Source of the DNA: an uncultured Gemmatimonadaceae bacterium
GTDB lineage: Bacteria > Gemmatimonadota > Gemmatimonadetes > Gemmatimonadales > Gemmatimonadaceae
Length of the DNA: 64,000 nt
Direction: 5' to 3'
NCBI GenBank assembly: GCA_963781585.1
Contig: CAWAGQ010000006.1
Coordinates: 32,001 to 96,000, forward strand
Shown here: in pieces, positions 58,635 through 64,000 of the stretch
Layout of the letters: every line of letters starts with the position of its first letter
Position numbering within the stretch: position 1 is the first letter of the stretch
Program-made: the position numbers and the translations under genes
The notes under the pieces: model-generated
The model's database searches: none
The model's input: only the letters and a program-made list of their open reading frames with translations
Told to the model about the DNA's origin: nothing

Positions 58635-60132
58635 GCTCGGAACTCCACTCTGCTGGTTCCTGCTGGCAGGGCTCACGGGGGCCTGCCGGGACAATCCCGC
58701 CGGCCCCCCGCCTGACGCCACACTTACCCTCGCCACGTCCGGCAATCCCGGTGTGGTTCGAACGGCGGTCGCGCCGGTTCCGACGTTTGTCCTCCGAGAT
58801 GCCGCGGGCCGGGTGCTGGCCGGATTCCCCGTCTCGATTGCCGTGGCTGCGGGCGGCGGCACCCTTCGCGATGCTCCGCGCAATACCGCCGCCGGTCCGA
58901 CTCCGGTGGGCGAGTGGATCCTCGGCGCGAGCGCCGGGCACAATGCGCTCGTCGTCAGGATCGGCGCCCTCCCCCCTCTCCGCATCGAAGTCACCGCCTT
59001 GCCCGATCTGCCGGCGGACATGACGCCGGAATTCGGAGCGGATCAGACAGGCTTCGCGGGCGACAACCTCCCGCAGTCCCTCGCCGCAAAGGTCTTCGAC
59101 CGCTTCGGCAACGGCGTGCCCGGCGTCGTCGTCACGTTTGCAGCGGAGTCCGGAGGGGGTAGCATCTCGGAATCCACCGTGACGACGGATGGAAATGGCA
59201 TCGCGGGAGGTCCGACCTGGCACCTGGGACGCAACGGCGGAGACCAGGTCGTGATCGCCACCGCCGGCGCGTTGACGACGACCTTCACCGCCACCATTCG
59301 ATCCAGCTTCGATCCGGTCGTTCGCTTCATTGGATCCGCACCGTCGCCAACCATCGCCGCGGCGTTCGACTACGCGGTTCAGCGTGTGCATGCGGCGGTC
59401 ACCAGCGACATCCCCGATGTCGCCCTCCAGGGCTTCGATCTCGCACGCTGCGGGATCTCGGCTCCATCGATCACCGAGGTCGTGGACGACATGGTCATCT
59501 ATGCCGTGGTAGCTCCGATCGATGGCATCGGGGGGATCGTGGGCTCCGCCGGCCCGTGCCTGCAGCGCACGCTGTCGGGCTACACCGTCATCGGTGTCAT
59601 GCGATTCGACGAGGCCGACCTTGACGCGCTCGCGCTGACCCAGCGACTCAACGCCGTCGTCCTCCACGAGATGCTGCATCTGGTCGGCGTTGGCATCCTC
59701 TGGAATACCGTTGGGCTCCTCGCCGGAAGCGGGACCGGCGATCCGCGATTCCTCGGCAACCTGGCTGCAGAGCGCTGCGTCCTGCTCGGCGGAGCTGAAC
59801 CGTGCGGCGTCGGGAGCGTTCCGGTCGAGAACATCGGCGGCCCCGGAACCGTGGATCTCCACTGGCGAGAGTCGGTCTTCCACTCCGAACTGATGACGAG
59901 CTTTCTCGAGCCGACGCCCAACATGCCCCTGTCGGAGATGACCCTCGCGTCGCTGGCCGATATTGGCCTCACTCCCAATTACCACGCGGCAGACCCTTAC
60001 ATGGTCCCCGCTTCGTCTCCGGGCATCGCGCCACGGCTGTCCGGCGTTCCGGGCGCTCCCTGGGAGACGATCCAACCGCCGCGTTTCGAGATCACTCCGG
60101 AAGGCTGGGTCCGTCCGATCCGTTCGAGATGA
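58609..60132 (+). CDS. Lipoprotein with Ig-like domains and leishmanolysin-like (M8) zinc protease domain
   Basis: Lipobox-like TGAC; DRFGNGVPGVVVTF Ig repeat; HEMLH, HWRE..F..ELM, SLADIG. Confidence 0.8.
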   Translation: MVVRSSLVRLGTPLCWFLLAGLTGACRDNPAGPPPDATLTLATSGNPGVVRTAVAPVPTFVLRDAAGRVLAGFPVSIAVAAGGGTLRDAPRNTAAGPTPVGEWILGASAGHNALVVRIGALPPLRIEVTALPDLPADMTPEFGADQTGFAGDNLPQSLAAKVFDRFGNGVPGVVVTFAAESGGGSISESTVTTDGNGIAGGPTWHLGRNGGDQVVIATAGALTTTFTATIRSSFDPVVRFIGSAPSPTIAAAFDYAVQRVHAAVTSDIPDVALQGFDLARCGISAPSITEVVDDMVIYAVVAPIDGIGGIVGSAGPCLQRTLSGYTVIGVMRFDEADLDALALTQRLNAVVLHEMLHLVGVGILWNTVGLLAGSGTGDPRFLGNLAAERCVLLGGAEPCGVGSVPVENIGGPGTVDLHWRESVFHSELMTSFLEPTPNMPLSEMTLASLADIGLTPNYHAADPYMVPASSPGIAPRLSGVPGAPWETIQPPRFEITPEGWVRPIRSR

Positions 60133-60135
60133 CTC

Positions 60136-61386
60136 CTACTCGTGTCGGATCGCGTCGATCGGACTGAGTCGCGCGGCGCGCCGGGCCGGATAGGTACCGA
60201 ACACGAGCCCGATGGTGATGGCGGAGACCGCGGCCACCAGCGCGGTGTTGGGAGACAGCGTCACCGCAAGTCCTTCGGGCGCGGAGAGACTCTTGATGAT
60301 CAGAATGGTGATCTCGGACAGCGCGACACCGAGCAGCACACCGGTCGCGCTGCCAATGCCCGAGACGACGACCGTTTCCGTGAGAAATTGCAGGTGGATA
60401 TCGCTTGCACGCGCGCCGACGGCCTTTCGCACGCCGATCTCCCGGGTCCGTTCGGTGACTGACGCCAGCATGATGTTCATGATCCCGATACCGCCCACCA
60501 GCAGCGAGATGCCGGCGAGCGCACCCAGGAAGAGCTTGAAGACGAGGATGCCCTTCGCCACTTCTTCCAGCCGGGATTCCTGAGCGAGGACATCGACCCG
60601 ATGCTCCCACCGGCCATATCGCCGGCCGAGCCAGTCCTCGATGCCGTCGCGCATCGGTCCTACCGCTTCCACGCTGCGTGCCCGCAACAGGATGTTGGGT
60701 GTGGAGCGGGTGACATCGCTCCCGAACACATACGCGGCGGCTTCGTACGGGACGTGTGCCTCGTACGTGCGTTCTCCCTTGTACGACGCCAGCACGCCGA
60801 TCACTTCTCGCGGTGTGCCATGCACCCGCACGAAGTCTCCGATCAGGTCTACCGGGCGACGCGCGCCGGCGATCTCGCTGGCCAGCTTGTAGGACAGCAC
60901 GATGACGGGTGCGTTGCGCGCCGCTTCGGCCGCCGTAAAAAAGCGGCCGTCGGCGAACTCGAGGTGGAGAAAACGGTCACTTCCGGGAGTCGACGCCGTG
61001 ACCGTCGCGCGGCGCTCGAGACCCGATCGCCCCCACATCACGTCACTCTGGCCCTGGAGCGTCATCGAAACCGCACCGACCGCGGGAATCTCGTCGGCCA
61101 ACGCGCGCGCGTCGCGCGGCGTGAAGATCGGGTAGTTGCGCACCGGAGTGAACTGGCCGTTCACGTATTCGTAGGTACGTGCCCGCACGATCACCGTCTG
61201 GACGTCGGTCGTGCGCTCCAGTTCGTTGCGGGCGAACTTCTCCATGGCGTCGCCGAGCGAGAGCACGGCCACCAGTGCGCCCACGCCGATGATGACCCCC
61301 AGGGTGGAGAGCACCGTCCGCAAAGGATTTACCCGGAGGGTGTCGAATCCGACGGCAAAGGCGGTCGCGATGGGAGCGATGCGCAC
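60136..61386 (-). CDS. MacB/FtsX-type ABC transporter permease
   Basis: LRTVLSTLGVIIGV, GGIGIMNIMLASVTERTREIG, YPARRAA. Confidence 0.93.
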   Translation of the reverse strand: MRIAPIATAFAVGFDTLRVNPLRTVLSTLGVIIGVGALVAVLSLGDAMEKFARNELERTTDVQTVIVRARTYEYVNGQFTPVRNYPIFTPRDARALADEIPAVGAVSMTLQGQSDVMWGRSGLERRATVTASTPGSDRFLHLEFADGRFFTAAEAARNAPVIVLSYKLASEIAGARRPVDLIGDFVRVHGTPREVIGVLASYKGERTYEAHVPYEAAAYVFGSDVTRSTPNILLRARSVEAVGPMRDGIEDWLGRRYGRWEHRVDVLAQESRLEEVAKGILVFKLFLGALAGISLLVGGIGIMNIMLASVTERTREIGVRKAVGARASDIHLQFLTETVVVSGIGSATGVLLGVALSEITILIIKSLSAPEGLAVTLSPNTALVAAVSAITIGLVFGTYPARRAARLSPIDAIRHE

Positions 61387-61541
61387 GGAGCGGGAGTTTT
61401 TGAGTGTGCTAGGAGTACCCTCGGGTACGATGCGCCGTGAAGCGACGTTTCACGAGGGTGCGGAGGCGATTGGGCCTCAAGGCACAAGCGACCCGGGAAT
61501 CCTCCCGGGTCGCTTGGTTCGGCTGCGCGGCGGGTGCGGGT

Positions 61542-64000
61542 TCAGGCCACGCCGGCCTCCACCTCCTCTGCTTCCACGCGGGCGTCGGCCCCGGTCTCGT
61601 GTTCCGGCACGAGCGCAATGCGCAGCACGTCCGAGAGGGTTTCGACCGGATGGAAGGTGAGCTGCTGTCGCACCTCCTCGGGCACGTCCTCGAGGTCGCC
61701 CTCGTTGTCCTTGGGCAGAATGATGTGCATGATGCCGGCGCGATGCGCGCCCAGCACCTTCTCCTTCAGTCCTCCGATCGGCAGTACCCGCCCGCGCAGC
61801 GTGATCTCCCCGGTCATTGCCACATCGCGCCGGACCGGACGGCCCGACATCTCGGAGACGAGGGCGGTTGCGATGGCGATACCGGCTGACGGGCCATCCT
61901 TGGGGATGGCGCCGGCGGGTACGTGAATGTGGGCCTCCATCGCTCCTTCCAGCCGCTGGGCCGGGATACCTAACGACGACGCATTGTTGGTGGCATAAGT
62001 CAGCGCCGCGCGGGCGCTTTCCTTCATGACGTCGCCGAGCTGCCCGGTCAGAATCAGCGTCATCGGTCCCGACTGGGGCGCAGAATCGCCGTTGTCGGAC
62101 GACGGCGGGCGCTGGCGGCGGCGAATGGACGCCTCGACGAACATGATGTCGCCCCCCATCGGCGTGTAGTACATGCCGGTGGCGATGCCGACCTCGTTCT
62201 TCTCGTTGGCCCGCTCCGGATGGACCTTGGGCCGCCCGAGGAGCTGTCGCACCTCGTCCGCGTCCACCTGATTGTCGGCGATAATGCCGCCGTCACCGGC
62301 GGCTACCCGGCGCGCCAGTTTCCTGCACACCGCGCCGATCTGCCGCTCGAGCTGACGAACGCCGCTCTCGCGCGTGTAGTTCGTCACGACCGACATCACC
62401 GCGTCGTCGGCGAACCCCACGCCCTTGTCGCCCAGGCCGTTTTCCTCGAGCTGGCGCGGGATCAGGTACTTCTTCGCGATCTCCGCCTTCTCCCGCTCGG
62501 TGTAGCCGGAGAACTCCACCATCTCCATCCGGTCGAACAACGGCCCGGGGATGTTCTGCATGAAATTCGCGGTGGCGACGAACAGCACCTCGCTGAGGTC
62601 GAACGGCACGCCCAGATAGTGATCGGTGAAGCTGTCGTTCTGCGCCGGGTCGAGCACCTCGAGCAGGGCCGCCGAGGGGTCGCCCTGGAACGACACGCCG
62701 AGCTTGTCGACTTCGTCGAGGAGGAAGACCGGATTCTTCGTCCCGGCCTGCTTCATACCCTGGATGATGCGTCCCGGCATGGCCCCGACGTACGTCCGGC
62801 GGTGTCCGCGGATGTCGGCTTCGTCGCGCGCGCCACCTAACGATACTCGGACGTACTGGCGGCCGAGTGACCGCGCGATCGACTTTGCGATCGAGGTCTT
62901 GCCCACACCGGGAGGACCGACAAACAGCAGGATGGGTCCCTTGGCCATTGCCCGTGCCTTGGCCTCACGCGCGTCGGTGATCGTCCGGTCTTCACCGTTT
63001 CCGCCCACCGGCGATGCCGTCGGCTCGTCGCCGCCCTTTGCTCGACCCGCTGCCGGGAATTCTCCCGTCCGGATGACCTCCTCCGCCTGCTGGCGGGCGC
63101 GGAGCTGGCGCACCGCCAGAAACTCCAGGACGCGGTCCTTCACGTCCTGCAGCCCGTAGTGGTCCTCGTCCAGAATCGTGGCGGCGTGCGTCAGATCGAG
63201 CTGATCGTCCGACCGCTTGCTCCAGGGCAACTCGGCGATCCACTCGAGGTAGGTGCGGATGACTTGTGCTTCCATCGACTCGCGCCCGGTACGCTCCAGG
63301 CGACCAAGCTCGCGTTCCACTTCGGCCCGCGCCTCTTTGGGAAGGTCGAGCGCCCGCAGCTTCTCGCGCAGCTCCTCAACCTCCTTTGCCTGATCGTCGT
63401 CACCCAGCTCCTTCTGGATCGCCTTCATCTGCTCGCGCAGGAACATCTCGCGCTGGCGTTCCCCCAGTTCCTCCTGCACCTGCGACTTGATCTCCTCCTG
63501 CGCCTCGAGCATCCCGATCTGCCTCTGGACGTGAACCAGAACTCGGCGAAGCCGCTCCTCCACGCTCAGCGTCTCCAGGAGCCCCTGCTTCTCCGGAACC
63601 GGGAGCTCGATGTACCCCGCAACCAGATCGGCGAATCGGCCCGGGTCCTCCACGGAGTCGAGCACCTGGTGCACGACCTCCTCGGGAAGACCGCGCTTCT
63701 CACCGAGTTCCGCAGCCCGCTCGCGCGTTTCCTTGTGAAGCGCCTCGAACGCGGAATCGGCCTCGTTCAGCGGAGTCATCTCTTCGGTCGGCATGACCAC
63801 CGCGTTGAGGTATCCTTCGTTCATCGTGTATTGCAGGGAGGTGGCGCGTTGCTCGCCTTGCAGAAGAAGCTGCACGCCTCCCAGCCCGCGCTGGATCTGG
63901 CCGATGCGTGCGATCACACCCATCGAGTAGAGAATTTCCGGGGCGGGCTCGTCGGTATTGTCGCGCTGCGCCACGGCGAAGACGAGCCGATCCCCCTTGA
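61542..64000 (-). CDS. lon: ATP-dependent protease La, 5' end outside the window
   Basis: GPPGVGKTS, LLDEVDK, PKDGPSAG, GLKEK; frame open to the window edge. Confidence 0.97.
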   Translation of the reverse strand, partial: KGDRLVFAVAQRDNTDEPAPEILYSMGVIARIGQIQRGLGGVQLLLQGEQRATSLQYTMNEGYLNAVVMPTEEMTPLNEADSAFEALHKETRERAAELGEKRGLPEEVVHQVLDSVEDPGRFADLVAGYIELPVPEKQGLLETLSVEERLRRVLVHVQRQIGMLEAQEEIKSQVQEELGERQREMFLREQMKAIQKELGDDDQAKEVEELREKLRALDLPKEARAEVERELGRLERTGRESMEAQVIRTYLEWIAELPWSKRSDDQLDLTHAATILDEDHYGLQDVKDRVLEFLAVRQLRARQQAEEVIRTGEFPAAGRAKGGDEPTASPVGGNGEDRTITDAREAKARAMAKGPILLFVGPPGVGKTSIAKSIARSLGRQYVRVSLGGARDEADIRGHRRTYVGAMPGRIIQGMKQAGTKNPVFLLDEVDKLGVSFQGDPSAALLEVLDPAQNDSFTDHYLGVPFDLSEVLFVATANFMQNIPGPLFDRMEMVEFSGYTEREKAEIAKKYLIPRQLEENGLGDKGVGFADDAVMSVVTNYTRESGVRQLERQIGAVCRKLARRVAAGDGGIIADNQVDADEVRQLLGRPKVHPERANEKNEVGIATGMYYTPMGGDIMFVEASIRRRQRPPSSDNGDSAPQSGPMTLILTGQLGDVMKESARAALTYATNNASSLGIPAQRLEGAMEAHIHVPAGAIPKDGPSAGIAIATALVSEMSGRPVRRDVAMTGEITLRGRVLPIGGLKEKVLGAHRAGIMHIILPKDNEGDLEDVPEEVRQQLTFHPVETLSDVLRIALVPEHETGADARVEAEEVEAGVA

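Noticed and set aside
778..58636. TTAGGC as telomere-like repeat
   Set aside because: Copies are isolated and in coding frames, never tandem; resemblance is likely coincidental

Overview
GC-rich (roughly two-thirds GC by eye), gene-dense bacterial chromosomal window; gene content and protein style suggest Gemmatimonadota (inference only). Layout: (1-1.4 kb) two toxin-antitoxin pairs (MNT-HEPN, MazF with an RHH antitoxin); (1.5-9 kb) an accessory island with three small secreted Cys-rich peptides, two DsbA-like oxidoreductases, three barrel-less carboxypeptidase-regulatory/TonB-plug-like proteins and an AraC-like regulator, tied together by a promoter motif present three times; (9-19 kb) DUF5674 pair, M14 peptidase, beta-barrel plus Tyr/Gly-repeat protein, proline dehydrogenase behind a glycine-riboswitch-like leader, rsgA, pdxH, ECF sigma/ZAS anti-sigma, VapBC; (19-31 kb) copper locus (copZ-cupredoxin-copA-csoR, PadR, DUF2946/CutF-like ORF, cusCBA-like efflux); (31-41 kb) OsmC, rhodanese, ferredoxin, HTH-EIIA and an Ehr-type hyfBCEFGI-like complex lacking Ni ligands; (41-64 kb) HNH, amidohydrolase, Sdh1-type sdhCAB, fused E1 alpha/beta, HIT, Ada-like, BlaI/BlaR1, nadE, PBP1A, M8-like protease, ABC permease, lon (partial). 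Best leads: the peptide/DsbA/plug regulon; a non-palindromic octamer CGTTAGGC found 16 times, mostly inside genes via the rare TTA codon; the riboswitch-like leader; intergenic heptamer arrays. Two apparent gene fusions are explained by +1 frameshifts. No rRNA, tRNA, CRISPR array, integrase or transposase was recognised. All family calls are from motif recognition by eye, not database searches.
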